Source: Mobula hypostoma
Taxonomy: Eukaryota
Length of the DNA: 64,000 nt
NCBI RefSeq assembly: GCF_963921235.1
Contig: NC_086108.1
Coordinates: 77,626,001-77,690,000 of the forward strand
Direction: 5' to 3'
In this document: positions 23,826 through 36,865 of the stretch, one piece after another
Layout of the letters: each line of letters starts with the position of its first letter
How positions within the stretch are numbered: position 1 is the stretch's first letter
Program-made: the position numbers and the translations under genes
Notes under the pieces: model-generated
Told to the model about the DNA's origin: nothing
Database searches by the model: none
Seen by the model: the letters and a program-made list of their open reading frames with translations, nothing else

Positions 23826-25325
23826 CAGAGTCAGGTTTAATATCATTAGCATATGCATTGAAATTTACTGTCTTTGCGGCAGCAGTACAATGTAATACAT
23901 AATAATAGAGAAAAAACTGTGAATTACAGTAAGTATTTACATATACAGGTATATATATTCAAAGATTCAAAGTACATTTATTATCAAAGAAACTATAAAT
24001 TATACAACCTTGAGGTTTGTTTGCTAACAGACAGCCACAAAGCAAGAAACCCAAAAGAATCCAATAAAAAAAGGAGCAAACCCCAATGAACCCAGAGAAA
24101 GAGAGAAGAAAACACAAATCATGCAAACGACAGAAGCATGCATCAACACAGCATTCTGAACCAAATTGAGTCATTAGATCCAAATTCCCATTGCAACCGG
24201 GAGTAGGTCCACAGCCTCAGTATTCAGTTTACCATATTAGTGGGGCAAATCATCTCAAAGTTCGCAGACACAAAGCACAGCAGTTATGGGCAGTCTCACA
24301 GCCTCATCATTGTGAAAAGAGGAGCCCAGTCTATCTGGGCCAACGTTTAAATTGTCCGAACAGGGGATTGTACGTCGAATTAGGACCTGGGCTCCTCTGT
24401 GTCGAATCGCTTTGGGCCTAGAACATGCTGTCCAGTGATTCACTTCAGGCCCAGATTTCACTGCCAAAGAAGCCATTCTCGATCTCTCCAAATCAGCTCA
24501 GCATCCAGAGTGACCCAAACCTCGCCTGAGTCTCGACACCCTGCCTTTCCAGTCTATCAGGGCCAGTGTTTAAATTGTCTTAACAGCAGATTGTGCCTTG
24601 CGTTAGGACCTGGTCTCTACTGCAGCGAATCGCTCCAGGCCTAGAACGCAATGCCCAGCAATTTGCTTCAGACATATATTTCGCTGCTGAAGAAGCCATT
24701 CTCAACCTCTCCAGATCGGCTCAGCACTTAGAGCAATCACCCTCACACATGGGTTAGTTAGATGGGCATCAGAACTCTGTCTCGTCTTCTCCTCTACAAT
24801 TCGTTCACTCCAACCAGAATGGCTCCAACTCCAAGTGCATCAGTTTTGTACACAAAGAAGTGTAATTTTGCACAATTTATTTTGCCTTCGCTCACCTCTT
24901 GATTGTTTATGGTGATAGTTTACCATGATTTACTTCAAAAAAGTGTTATTAGTAATGTTTTTAATCAAATTCCTTTGTGTTCGAACTACCAGTAAACTGT
25001 TGCATACCTTCAATAGCGACTTCTTAAACCGGACTTATATATATAATATAGTTAAATTAAATAGGTAGTGCAAAAATAGAAATAAAAAAGTAGTGAAATA
25101 CTGTTCATGGGTTCAATGTCCATTCAGAAATCAGATAACAGAGAGGTAGAAGCTGTTCCTGAAGTGTGTACCTTCAGGCTTCTGTACCTCCTTCCTGATG
25201 GGAGACATGACAACAAGGCATGACCTGGGTAGTGGGGGTCCTTAATAACGGACACCAACTTTTTGAGGCATCGCTCTTTGAAGATATCCGAGATCCTGTG
25301 GAGGCCAGTGCCCATGAGGGAGCTG
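23826..25325 (-). mobile_element. Rex1 3' fragment (23826-23950 and 25040-25325) split by a non-coding insert
   Basis: IKDPHYPGHALLSCLPSGRRYRSLK; 3' UTR resumes left of the insert. Confidence 0.78.
23955..25035 (-). mobile_element. Putative non-autonomous, non-coding retroposon with Rex1-like tail and internal 223-bp tandem repeat
   Basis: Minus-strand 3' end aataaatgtactttgaatctttgaa; repeat units start at 24326 and 24549; (TA)n flanks on both sides. Confidence 0.55.
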
Positions 25326-25878
25326 ACATGATGGAGATCATGGTGTCAAACTACTTGCTGCACAGCTGTGACTCCCAATATTAATGTAGGAACACAAATG
25401 TTAACACAAGCACAAATATAGGGCAATTGCAGATACCAGCAGACATAGAAACAGAAAGAGGTATAGTCACAAACACAGGTGCAGATGTGGGAACAGACAA
25501 AGCAGGGGTATGTCCAATGGCAGAGACTAGCTTAACATCCAGAACCAGAATTTAGCCAACTGCTGAAAGCAAGTGTGTATTTTATGTTTGCCAGAGTAAT
25601 ATTCAGAAACAGTGAAGTGCTACAATTGTGTATCAATATCCCAATTAGCACATCCAAGAGGAACCAGGAGAAGACCGATTCTCTGAATCTCCTTGGATGT
25701 CACTCTACTGAGCACTAACTTTGGACCTGGTGATCAATGGTGGTAGGCCCAAGCTTTAGTTTTTGCTTTTGCCCTATTTATTAAGTATTTGTGCAGAAAA
25801 TCAGACTATTTTGCTAAATTGGTGAAAATGATCTCAAGGACAAGATGCATTATGCAGAGAAAACAAACTATAAACTTG

Positions 25879-26280
25879 AGAAAATCTGCAGATGCTGGAA
25901 ATGAAAGCAAAACACACAAAATGCTAGAGGAACTCAGCAGGCCAGGCAGCATCTATGGAAAAGAGTACAGTTGACATTTTGGGCCGAGACCCTTCAGTAG
26001 AACTGGAGAGAAAAAGATGAGGAGTAGATTTAAAAGGTGGGTGGAAGGGGAGGAAGAAACACAAGGTGATAGGTGAAACTGGGAGGGGGATGGGTAAAGT
26101 AAAAAGCTGGGGATTGGTGAAAGAGATACAAGGCTGGAGAAGGGGGGGAAGGCCATGGGAGAAAGAAAAGGGGGAGGAGCACCAGAGGGAGGTGATGGGC
26201 AGGCAAGGAGATAAGGTGAGAGAGGGAAAAGGGGATGGGGAATGATGAAGGGGAGGGAGCCATTACCAGCATTACCAGAC
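25879..26280 (-). mobile_element. Penelope 3' UTR/pLTR insert with degenerate hammerhead
   Basis: Antisense match to 9170-9590; perfect 13-bp flanking duplication AACTATAAACTTG at 25866-25878 and 26281-26293. Confidence 0.88.
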
Positions 26281-27184
26281 AACTATAAACTTGTTAATTT
26301 TCCTGCCTAAACCATGAAGTGCTTTCCACAGTTATTCACTGTTTGTTTCATAAATCTGATTACATGAGGTATGGCACTTTATCTGACACTAAAATCAGAT
26401 GCATATCTACTGCTTTCTGTGACTCATGAACCTGAGTAGATTGTGTATTTGGAGCTGGAACATACTTCACTGAAATTTATAGATAAAATATTTCACTTAA
26501 CAGCAGTGAAGACAACTGGAAAAGTTAGAAACGAGATAAATTCTGACAAATAAAAATGCCATGTCTACTGCGTAAACATATATTTTTCAGATAAAATCAA
26601 GCGATAGAGAGCCTTTAAGTAATCATTAACAGTATGCATTTTCCTGAGTGCTACTACAGGAACCATTACTCTTCCCTCCTACACAGCCTTCTTTCCTTTT
26701 GTAGATCACTGATGTATTTGTGACCTGTCTATTCCAGGCTGTAAGAAGATGGAGTTAGTTCTATTGTTTGCCATTTTTCTTCATAGGCAGTCTCATATAG
26801 AGTAAACTCTGTTGTCTTGGGTACCGGGGTTTTGTTGTCCCATGAAAAGCCCTGGCTTTTCCTATACTGTTTGCAGTCTCTTTTGTACATAAAGAAATGT
26901 CTTAAGCTCTGTTTGTTTTGCTTCTTGTTCTCACTCATTGATGTTTTTTTTACACTTTAGTCCAACCACACTTAAAAAATGTGGGGGATAATAAATGCAG
27001 TTCATAAGTTTTATTTTTCATGATCTTCCAAAGTTTGTTCTCGACTGGGCTTCTCACAAAGGGACAGTCTTTCATTAAGTTGCTTTGCCTCCCTTGATAA
27101 GCCAGTTATATTCACTAAAAAATGGTTTTGACAGGATGGATTATGTGAGAGTCAACAACTGTGTGCTTTCATTTAAAAGTAAGG

Positions 27185-28090
27185 GCATAGAGTCACAGAG
27201 TAACACAGCACAGAAACAAGCCCTTCAGCCAAACTGGTCTATGCTGACACCAGTATCCTCCCTGCCAGTCCCGGTTATCCACACTCAGCCCATAACCCTC
27301 CAAACTCTTCCCCTACATATACATATTCAAATGCTTTTGAAATGTACCTTTCTCAATTACTTCCTTGCGCAGCTCATTCCAGGAACTCACAACTCTCTAT
27401 GTGCAAAGAAGTTACCTCTCAGGTCTCTTTAAACTATCCCCTGTCTTATCCTGTATCTGTGACCTCTTGTTTTTGACTCTCCAACTCTGGGGAAAAGACT
27501 ATGACCATCCACTTTATGCATACTCCTCATGGCTTTGTATACTTCACCTCTCATTCTCCTAAGTTTCAAGGAATAACAGTCCAACATGACCAAACACTCC
27601 CCATAACTCAGGCCCTCTAGTCCAGGAAACATCCTTGTAAGTCTCTTCTGCACGCTCTCCAGCTGGATAACGTCTTTCCTATAACAGGATGATTAAAAGG
27701 ATACACAATATCCATGTTAGCTGTCACCAATAACTTATATAGTTGCAATATAACGTCCCCACTCCTAAATTTGATGCACTGACTGATGAAGACCAGCACG
27801 CTGAACGCCTTGTTCACCACCCTGTCTGATTGTGCAATTATTTTGTGCATTTGTACTTCCACGTCCCTCTATTCCACAACACTAGTCAGTACCCTACCAT
27901 TCACTGTAAGTCCTACCCTCGACTGACTGTCCAAACCGCGTCACTTCACACTTATCTAAGTTGAAATCCACCTGCCATTCCTTAGCACATCTCCCTAATT
28001 GATCATGATCTCTGCAATTCATTGCAACCTGCTTCACTATCAACAAGACCCCCTAATTTGCATCACCACCAGACTTGCTAATCAGGACAT
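27185..28090 (-). mobile_element. CR1 LINE 3' portion, decayed
   Basis: QKRLTRMFPGLEGLSY..RRMRG..SKTRGH. Confidence 0.88.
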
Positions 28091-28829
28091 GTACAGGCGT
28101 TGCCCAGGTAAGATAGTGGAGGTAATTGTTTTTCATTGAGAGTTGTGAGTCCTTAGAAACCTCTTCCTCAAAAGGTGGTTGAGATATTTTTAACAGTTTT
28201 TATTATTTTAAAGGCAGAGTTGGATAGATTCCCGATAAAGTTTCTGAGCGTAAGAGAGAAAGTAGTTGTTAGCATTATTTTATCCACAAGCTTATTCAGT
28301 ACCAGAGTGATCTCAAGCAGCTCATTCCTGCTCCTAACGTAAAGGCTCACATTTCACAGGAAATGGAAATGAGAATATTGAGACAGATTTAGCCAGGAGG
28401 GAGGAATCAAATGACCTGCAGCAAAGCAGCAGCTAACCAGTGCACCAGGAAGACAGTGACCTATCTGCTGGGTCCATCATTTCATCTTCCTTAGACACTC
28501 CAGACTAAACGACATCTAGCCTAATGGCAAATCATTCCATAATGCCCACAGTAATCTAGTAGATCACCATCAGAAATGTTCTTTCAGCCCAGCATCCTGC
28601 CAACCAGCCAATCTTATTTTGGTGTCTGTCTTGTGAGGACAGTGCCAGGGGGTCATGGTAGAGATACAAGAGGCCTCTGTGAACTGTCATAATGTGAAAC
28701 AGCATTGAGTTATCACTGGGCCAGAGGTGCAAAGGAGTAGGGAGGATGTCTGCTCTTAATGATGGCGATAGGGCTGATAAGCAGTGCCCCAGTCTGTTTT
28801 AACTTCTAACATATGTAAATAGCCGCCAG

Positions 28830-29165
28830 GAGTGCAGCTGGTAGAAGTACTGCTTCACAGCTCCAAAATCCTGGGTTCAATCCTGACCTTGGGTGAAGTC
28901 TGCATGAAGTTTTCATATTCTCCCTGTGACTGTGTGGGTTTCTTCCATGTGCTCTAACTTCACTCCTTGCCCCAAAGACATGCTTATTGGTATATTAATC
29001 GGTCATTATAAATTGACCATGGTACATAGACTCTGGGGAAGTTGAAGCAAGTATGGGGAGAATAAAAACAAGGGATTAACATCAGGTTAGTGCAAAGAAA
29101 ATGTGTGGTTGATTTTGGTGCAGTGGGCCACACGACCTGTTTCCTTGCTGTATTTCTCCATGACG
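28830..29165 (+). mobile_element. tRNA-head V-SINE
   Basis: B-box-like ggttcaatcc at ~28875, V-domain ttctccctgtgactgtgtgggtttc, CR1-like tail. Confidence 0.7.
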
Positions 29166-29924
29166 ATAATCGACCAGTTGAGTCCGCTCTGAGTCCCAGT
29201 AGGCAACTCCATCAGTTTCCATTATCTACTCCCCTTGATTCTTCCCCACGACAGCCGAGCAGCACATCTTTAAAATCTGGGAGGGAACAGGAGTAGCTGG
29301 AGAGAACCAGCAGAAGAACATGCAAACTTTATCTCGACAGCTTCCGGGATCATGATCAAACTCGGACGTTGGAACTGTGAGGCAACATCAGTATCTGGTG
29401 TACTACTTGGTAATGCCCCCGGGATGTTGATGTTGGGTCTTAGTGATGACTATGGGGTTGAATCTCACTCAATGAAAATACCATTGTATGTGTGAGTTGA
29501 ACCTTAACGGGCCCTGTCTGAATATTGTTTGGGTCTTGCTTGACACAGCAATTGACAACTGTCTCCCACCTGGATATCATCCTTTGTGCACTCCACCTTT
29601 GCAGACCTGTTCTGTTGGTGAGTTGGGGCATACTCTAGAATTACAAATAGAATGAAATATTTTGCATGATCGGTAAGTATGTTCACTTCTGACCCTGTTC
29701 AATGGCAAAGTCACTGAAGATGGTTGAACACAAGGTATTGCCCTGAGGAGCTCCTGCAATAATATTGTTGAGCTGGGCTGATTGACCTCCAGCATCCAAA
29801 CTATCTTCCTTTCTGCTAGCTACCCACCCATAGAAATGTTTCCCTTGATTCTTATTGACATCAGCTTTATTTACTTCAACTCTTTTATGCTGCGTTTTAT
29901 TAGATTATTCCTTGATGTCGTTTG

Positions 29925-32900
29925 AAAGGGTTTGACGATGTCGTTCATCTGAAGCTCATCCAGAAGATTAAGGTGTATGGGATCCATGCTGAATTGACCA
30001 TTTGTATTCTGAACTGAAATGTCCGAAGAAGACAGAGTTTAGTGGTCGAAAGGAATTTTTCTGACAGGAATTAGTGGTGGTATAGTTTTTTTTCTCACCT
30101 TTTATGGGTAGTGTGCATGTGTATTTTTCCCTCAATCTCTGCTCCTCTACCAGAGGCCTGGAAGCTTGAACGTTTGGCGCATTATCCTTTCTTTTCCTAG
30201 TAGTGCGAACTTCTGGACCGAGATCTCCATTGTTCCCGTGATTTGTTGGAACCACTCTCCCAGTCCAGGTGTCACAATTCCAAGTGCTCCTGTCACCACC
30301 GGGATTACTTTGGCTTTAATCTTCCACATCCTTTCTATCTGCTCTTTCAAGCCCTGGTATTTCTCCAGCTTCTCATCCTTCCTTCCTGATGTTACTGCCA
30401 TTGGGGATTACAATTGCTTTCTTCTGTTCCTTGTCCAGTATTACTATGTCTGGTTGGTTGGCTGGTACCTGTTTATCAGTCTGTATTTGGAAGTCCCTCA
30501 GGATCTTATCTCAGTCATTCTCCACGACCTTCTCGGGTGTTTCCCATTTGGATTTGGGAGTGTCCAGTCTGTACTCAGTGTAGATGTTCCTGTACACAAT
30601 TCCTGCAACTTGGTTCTGCCGTTCAGTGTATGCTGTCCCTACATACATCTTGTGTGCCCTGCTAATATCTGCTCGGTGGTTTCAGCGGATCCCTTGCACA
30701 GTCTGCATCTTGGGTCTTGTCTGGTGTGATCGACCCCTGCTTCCATTGCTCTTGTGCTCAGCACCTGTTCTTGTGCAGCCATGAACAGTGCCTCTGTGCT
30801 GTCCCTCAGCCCTGCCATTTCCAGCCATTGGTAGGACTTTCTTACATCAGCCACCTCAGATATTTGGTGATGGTACATCCCAAGCAGTGGCTTGTCCTGC
30901 CATGGCCTCTGGTCCTCTGGCTCTGCTTCACCCACTTCCACTTCCATGTCCCCTGCCTGCTGTCTGAGGTTTTCTCCTAACAGGTCATCCTTAGGGGCCA
31001 TCTTCCTGACATACTCATGGATGTTTCACATTTCTTTCAGGACTATGGGCTTGACACTTCCAAGTCCCCATTCTCCTTTATTCCAGTGGGTGGGTATACA
31101 GTTGCTCGACATTGGTCTTTGAGTGGAATCCTCCATGTATTGTTAGTAATTTCGGGTTCTTGATGTCAGCAGCTTCCAGTTCATTCCTTGGCCAGCACAC
31201 CATTGCAGCTGGATATCTGATGACTGGTAGGGTGAATGTGTTGATGGCTCTGATCTTGTTCTTCCCATTCAGCTGGCTTTTTCGGTCCTGTCACAGTCTT
31301 TGGAGGTACTTAGATGTTGCAGCCTTCCTTGTGTCCTTATCATGGTGTCTATACACCTGCACGATCCCCATACCATCCTACAGGCAACTCAGCTCCTTCA
31401 GTCTGGATGAGTTTGCCTCTTTTCATTACCATCTGGCTGCACTTTTCCAGTCCAAGTGACATCCTGATGTCTCTGCTGTACACCCTGGTCAGGTGGATTA
31501 GTGAGTCAATGTCTCTTTCATTTCTGGCATACAGCTTGATGTCATCCATGTACAGGAGGTTGCTGATGGTCACTCCACTCTTGAACCTGTACCATATCCG
31601 CTCTTAGAGATGATCTAGCTGAAGGGGTTCAAGCCTATGCAGAACAGCAGTGGGGATAGTGCATCACCCTGGTATATTCCATGTTTGATGGACACTTGTG
31701 CTATTGGCTTTGAGTTACCTTCTATCCTCCAGTAGCGCATTGAGTTCTTGATGAAAGGTCCTTAGTGCCTTGTTGACCTTGTACAGAGACAGGCATTTCC
31801 AGGACCATTGCATGGGGCATTGAGTCATATGCTTTCTAATAGTCTCTCCAGGCTATACTTAGGTTGGTTTGCTTGGTCTTGGAATCTCGCATGCTTGAAG
31901 CCTCTGGTTCCATCACTAATCTCCCTCTGAGCAGCCCTCAGGAATTTACACACATGCTCCTTCAGCTTGGTGGCTATGATTCCTCATAGGAGCTTCCACA
32001 TTGTTGACAAGCAGGTTATAAGCCAGTAGTTTGATAGTGTTGCTCCTTTGTAAGGATCCTTCATTATGAGTACCATCCTTCCTTGAGTTAGCCAGTCAAG
32101 GTGGGAGTCTGCTTCGAGCAGCTGAGTTCATTTGAGCTGCCAGTCGTGTATGTAATGCTGTTAGTTTTTTCAGCTAACAAACATAGATCACGTCTGGCCC
32201 TGGTGTCGTCCAGTTCTCCATACTTGCTACCTATTGCCGGACATCTACTGCTGTGATGGTGACTGGTTCTTCCTCTGAGGGATTGTGGAGGCTTGCTTGT
32301 CGGTCTTTCAGCCTTTGGGCACTGGTGTTATGTGATGCTTCTTTCTCCCATATACTCTTCCAGTGTTCCTCAGTTGCTATTTTGACTGGTTCATGCACTG
32401 GCATGTTTTTACTCTGGACCTGTGCGAATACTTTTCCTGGATCTTTGGAGAAGAGTGCATTTATTCACTTGGCCTGTTAACTGTTGCTTGACAGTTTCCA
32501 GGGCTGCGGCTAAAGACATACCTCTGTACTTCTTTAGTAGCCAAAATGAGTCTTTGGTCTTCCCACCTTTCCACCTTTCTGCAGCTCACTTAGTCTGCTG
32601 ACCTCTGCCCCTGTGGTTTTCACCTTGGCTTTTAATCGTCGTCTCCGGGGGGCAGGGTGCAGGTTATAACAGTATTTCATTTTGTAGTCCAGAATCTTTA
32701 CACCTCTGCTGCCGGTGTATGTATCAGGTTATTGGTCTCAGTTATGTTGGAGGTTGCAATTGTGAATAGTGCTTCATTGGCTGCTTCTAGCATGTTCTCT
32801 GATAGAATCTTATCACTAAGTTTGGGGAGCCTAGATCATTCATTAACAGTCACCAGTTTAGCCATGATCTTCTCTCTGATTGTAGCAGCCAGCATTCATA

Positions 32901-34565
32901 AGCCACAAGATGAGGTTCGAGCTTACATTTCCCATGTACAAGGTGATGCTATTACCTTTGCACCATCTGTGAGTTGTGGAGGTGGGGTTTGAGCTTGTAT
33001 TTCCCGATCGGCTCAGATCTGCAATGATGTTGCTTTGGTAAATCATGATTGTATGCCTTCTGGTTCAAGATACGAAAGCAATCCTCAGTTGCCAATGTTC
33101 GATTACAGGGTAACCAGTTGTTTTTCTGTGAATGTGGACAATTGTCTTCGTTTTTGCCAGAGCCCCTACATGCACTTGACGTATCCTCCTTCTTATGGGT
33201 TGCTGTTCCAGTAGCATTCCGTTAATTCCATGTTGTCCAGTCTCGTCCATTTGTGGTTTGTTCTGGTAGCAAATTTATCATCAGATGGTCCCGGTTCCCC
33301 AAGCATTGGCTTGGACCTTGTTAATCCGGGCAACATCCCAGCCAGCATGACTCTTCCTGTTCTTGTCACTCTCATCCAGAGACTTTTGTGGGCAGATGTA
33401 GTGTGAGCGCGAGGGGTCCAGCCCAAGACCTACTGCTGGGACCCAAATTCCAAACCCCCACAGCAGGGGGAGCTCAGACAGTTCCCGGTGTCGCCTCTGC
33501 TCCCGGCCATCTCAGGCTCGGCCCAAGTACAGGCAGTGTCCTGCTGATTCTTCTACCCTGCGGCCTTGCAGCGGTCGCGCTACCTGGGTCCACTTAGACG
33601 GTCTGGATGAAAATGTAGATGGATGGTTCGGTAAGTTTGAAAACGATATGAAGATTGGTGGTGCTGTGGATAATGTAGAAAACTGGCAAAGAATACAGTG
33701 GAATATAGATCAGTTGAAGATACAGAGAAATGGCAGATGGAGTTTAACCCGACCGAATGTGAGGTTTTGCACCTTGGTAGGGCAAACTTAAAGAGATAGG
33801 ACACTGCTGAGGGCAAGACCCTTAACAGTATTGATAAACAGAGGGGTCTTGAGGGTCCAAGTGCATAACTCCCGTAAAGGGGCTACACGGGTTGATTTGG
33901 TGGTTAAGAAGGCATATGACATACTTGCCTTTTTTAGTCAAGGCATTGAGTTTTCAAAAGTCAGGAAGTTACATTGCAGCTTTATAAAACTCTAGGTAGG
34001 CTACATCTGGAGTATTGTATTCAGTTCTGTTCATTCTGTTACTGGAAGGATATTGAGGCTTTGGAGAGGGTGCAGTAGAGGTTTACAAGGACGCTGCCTG
34101 GATTAGAGGGCGCACGCTATAACGAGAAGTTGTTTACTCTGAAGTGATTGAGGCAGAGGGGAGATCTGATAGAGGTTCATAAGATTAAGAGAGGCATAGA
34201 TAGAGTAGAAAGACAGTAATTTGTTTTCCCCAGGGTTGAAATGTCTAATACCAGAGGGCATGCATTTGAGGTAAGATGGGTAAATTCAAAGGAGATGTGA
34301 GGGGCAAGTTTTAAACACAAAGAGTGGTGCGTGCTTGGAATCCACTGCGTCAGGTGGTGACAGAGGCAGAAACATTTGAGACTTGTAAGAGATGTTTAGA
34401 TAGGCACATAAATGTGAGGAAAATTGAGGGATATGGACATTGTGTAGGCAAAAGGGATTAATTAAGTTGGCCATTTGATTACTAATTTAATTGGTTCGCT
34501 ACAACATTGTGGGCCAAAGAGCCTATTCCTGAGCCGAACTGTTCTATGTTCTATATTTTGTTTTC
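29925..34565 (+). mobile_element. CR1 LINE (29925-30080 and 33596-34565) split by an R4-clade element
   Basis: KLIQKIKVYGI.. resumes at LDENVDGWFGKFEND..; tail ttctatgttctat at ~34543-34570. Confidence 0.85.
30085..33595 (-). mobile_element. R4/Dong-clade (Rex6-like) non-LTR retrotransposon with C-terminal restriction-like endonuclease, near full length, decayed
   Basis: N-term WTRLDNMELTECYWNSNP; RT YQGDALSPLLFC, LYMDDIKLYA; AAQEQVLSTR; zinc knuckle CRLCK..ETTEQILAG; RLE NQPDIVILDK, EKLEKYQGL..VIPVVTGALG. Confidence 0.9.
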
Positions 34566-35159
34566 TATGTCAATGCAATGAAAATTAGTGGTGCCTCGGA
34601 AATCTATTCCTTTGTCCATATTTAGATCAAGACCATAATAAGGCTTAGAGCCAACTGGTGAAAGCCATGGTGACCTTCAGTGTGCACATTATTAATAAGT
34701 AAATATCACAATAGCATTGTTGCCATGTCTTCTATCAATTAATTGATAATTAAGAATAGACGAACTAACTGGGTTGATTTGTAGTATATTTTTGGACTGT
34801 TCAAAGAGGAACATATTTCATAAAGTCAGGTAGATGCTAGTGTACTGAAATAGTTGATAAAAGGCACGCCTACTTCTGGAAAGCATGTCTCCTGGACTAC
34901 TGCCAGTGAGATGGAGCTGGCTGAAGTCTACAGCACTATGCAGCCTCTTTCAATCCTGTGCATTGGTGCCTCCATACCATATGTTAATGCAATCAGTTAG
35001 AAAGCTCTCTGCTAAATATCATAGAAATTTGCTAGAGTCCTCAAATTCCTAATGGCGTAGAGCATGCAGATGTGCCTTCTTCATAAATCTTTTCTGGATT
35101 TATCAATATTATCGAGGACAGATGAACCTGCCACATGTACATACATTAGAATCAGTTCC

Positions 35160-35620
35160 TGCCTAAGCAAGAACATAGTTCTGCTGCAATTTGTCTATCA
35201 CCACAATAGGTTTACTGTAGATGTCATCTCACTGGCTCTCCACTTGGCCTTGGATCATTTAGACAATAACAATACCTTTGCCAGGCTGTTATTTATTAAT
35301 TACAGTTCAGCATTCAATGCCATCATAACCTCAGTACTAAATAAAAAGCTGCAAAACCTGGGTCTCTGGTCCTCCCCATCACCATCAGATTTCTGAATGG
35401 GCAATGAACACACGTATACAACCTCACTATATTTTTTCTTCTTTTTTGCTCTCTTTTTGCACTATTTAATTCATTTAATTTTAAGTATCCTATGTAGATA
35501 TTTTTCTTCTTGTAATTTATGATTTTTATTATGTATTACAATGTACTGCCGCCACAAAGCAACATACTTCACAACATATGCCAGTGATATTAAACCTGAT
35601 TTTAACTCTGATTTTGATTG
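35160..35620 (+). mobile_element. Rex1 fragments (RT piece fused to 3' UTR)
   Basis: LQFVYHHNRFTVDVISLALHLALDHLD..RLLFINYSSAFN; tail aaacctgattttaactctgatttt. Confidence 0.75.
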
Positions 35621-35624
35621 TGAA

Positions 35625-36150
35625 AGTCCTGGCAAGATTCTTATATATCTTCTTTGCACTCTCTCCAAATTATTGATACCTTTCTGATTATAGGATGACC
35701 CCAAAACTGTCTGCATTACTCCAAGTGTAGTCTCACCAACACCTATTCTACTCAATAACCTGACTAATTAAACCAGCATGCTAAATGCCTTTCTCGTCAC
35801 CCTGTTTATCTGTGTGACGACATTTTCAAAGAAATCTGTACTTGTATCCTTAGGTTCTTCTTTTTCAGAATATTCCCCATGGCGATACAATTAACTGTAG
35901 AGGTCCTACCCTGGTTTGACTCCCCAAAATGCAACACCTCACATTAATCTTTGGCCCACTTAACTAGATAATGAAGATCTCCATGTTTGAGATTGAAAGG
36001 TGATAGTGTTTAGGGGGACCTGAATGTCTTTGTTTACAATTCACTGCAGGCTAACTTGCAGGTACAGAATACAGTGAGAACAATCAATGACATTTTGGCC
36101 TTTAATTGCAAAATTTGAGTACGAAAATAAAGGCATCTCACTCCACTGAT
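35625..36150. mobile_element. Old CR1 fragments in both orientations
   Basis: NNLERVQRRYIRILPGL on - strand; decayed CR1 on + strand after 36000. Confidence 0.6.
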
Positions 36151-36304
36151 ATCATCTTACATTTTAAGCAGTCTGTTAGAATTGTGACTGATGTCTGAGG
36201 TGACAGATAAGGCTAAGATGTGATCTTCAGACTGCCATAGATGGGGCAGGAGGTGCCTTATGGGTCCAGCGGATAATAACTTGTGAGGCAATGTGCTCCT
36301 TTCA

Positions 36305-36865
36305 CCACTTATCCTGGGCCCAACACTTTGATGTAATCATGAAGAAGGCACACCAGTGGCCATACTTCATTAGGAATCCGAGGAGATTTGGTATGTCAAC
36401 AAATACTCAAGCTACTTTCTACGGATTTACCGTGGAGAGCATTCTAAGTGATTGCATCTCCATATGGTATGGAGTCTCCAATGAGAGAGGCTGCAGAGGG
36501 TTGCAGATTTAGCTGGTTCCATCATGGACACAAGTTTCCCCACCATCCAGGACATCTTCAGAAGTTGGTGCCCCAAGAAGGAGGCATCCATCTTTAAGGA
36601 CCTGCACCCCCTCTTGTCATTACTACCATCAGGAGGTGTACATACTTGACAACCAAAACTCAGTGCTTTAGGAACAGCTGTTTCCTCTCTGTCATCAGAT
36701 TTCTAACTAGTCCATGAAGCCATGAACACCTCCTCGCTATTCCTCTTTTGCACTATTTATATATTTTTTAATTGTAATGTAATTACTTATGTTTCACACT
36801 GTACTGCTGCCACAAAAGAACAAATTTCACGGGATATGTCAGTAGTAATAAACCTTGTTCTAATT
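36305..36865 (+). mobile_element. Rex1 3' portion, old
   Basis: LSWAQHFDVIMKKAHQWPYFIRNPRRFGM..VESILSDCISIWYG. Confidence 0.82.

Noticed and set aside
25953..26282. Pro/Ser-rich ORFs
   Set aside because: Translations of the pyrimidine-rich Penelope 3' UTR
30166..30729. 187-aa hydrophobic plus-strand ORF resembling a membrane protein
   Set aside because: It is the antisense frame of the R4-type endonuclease region
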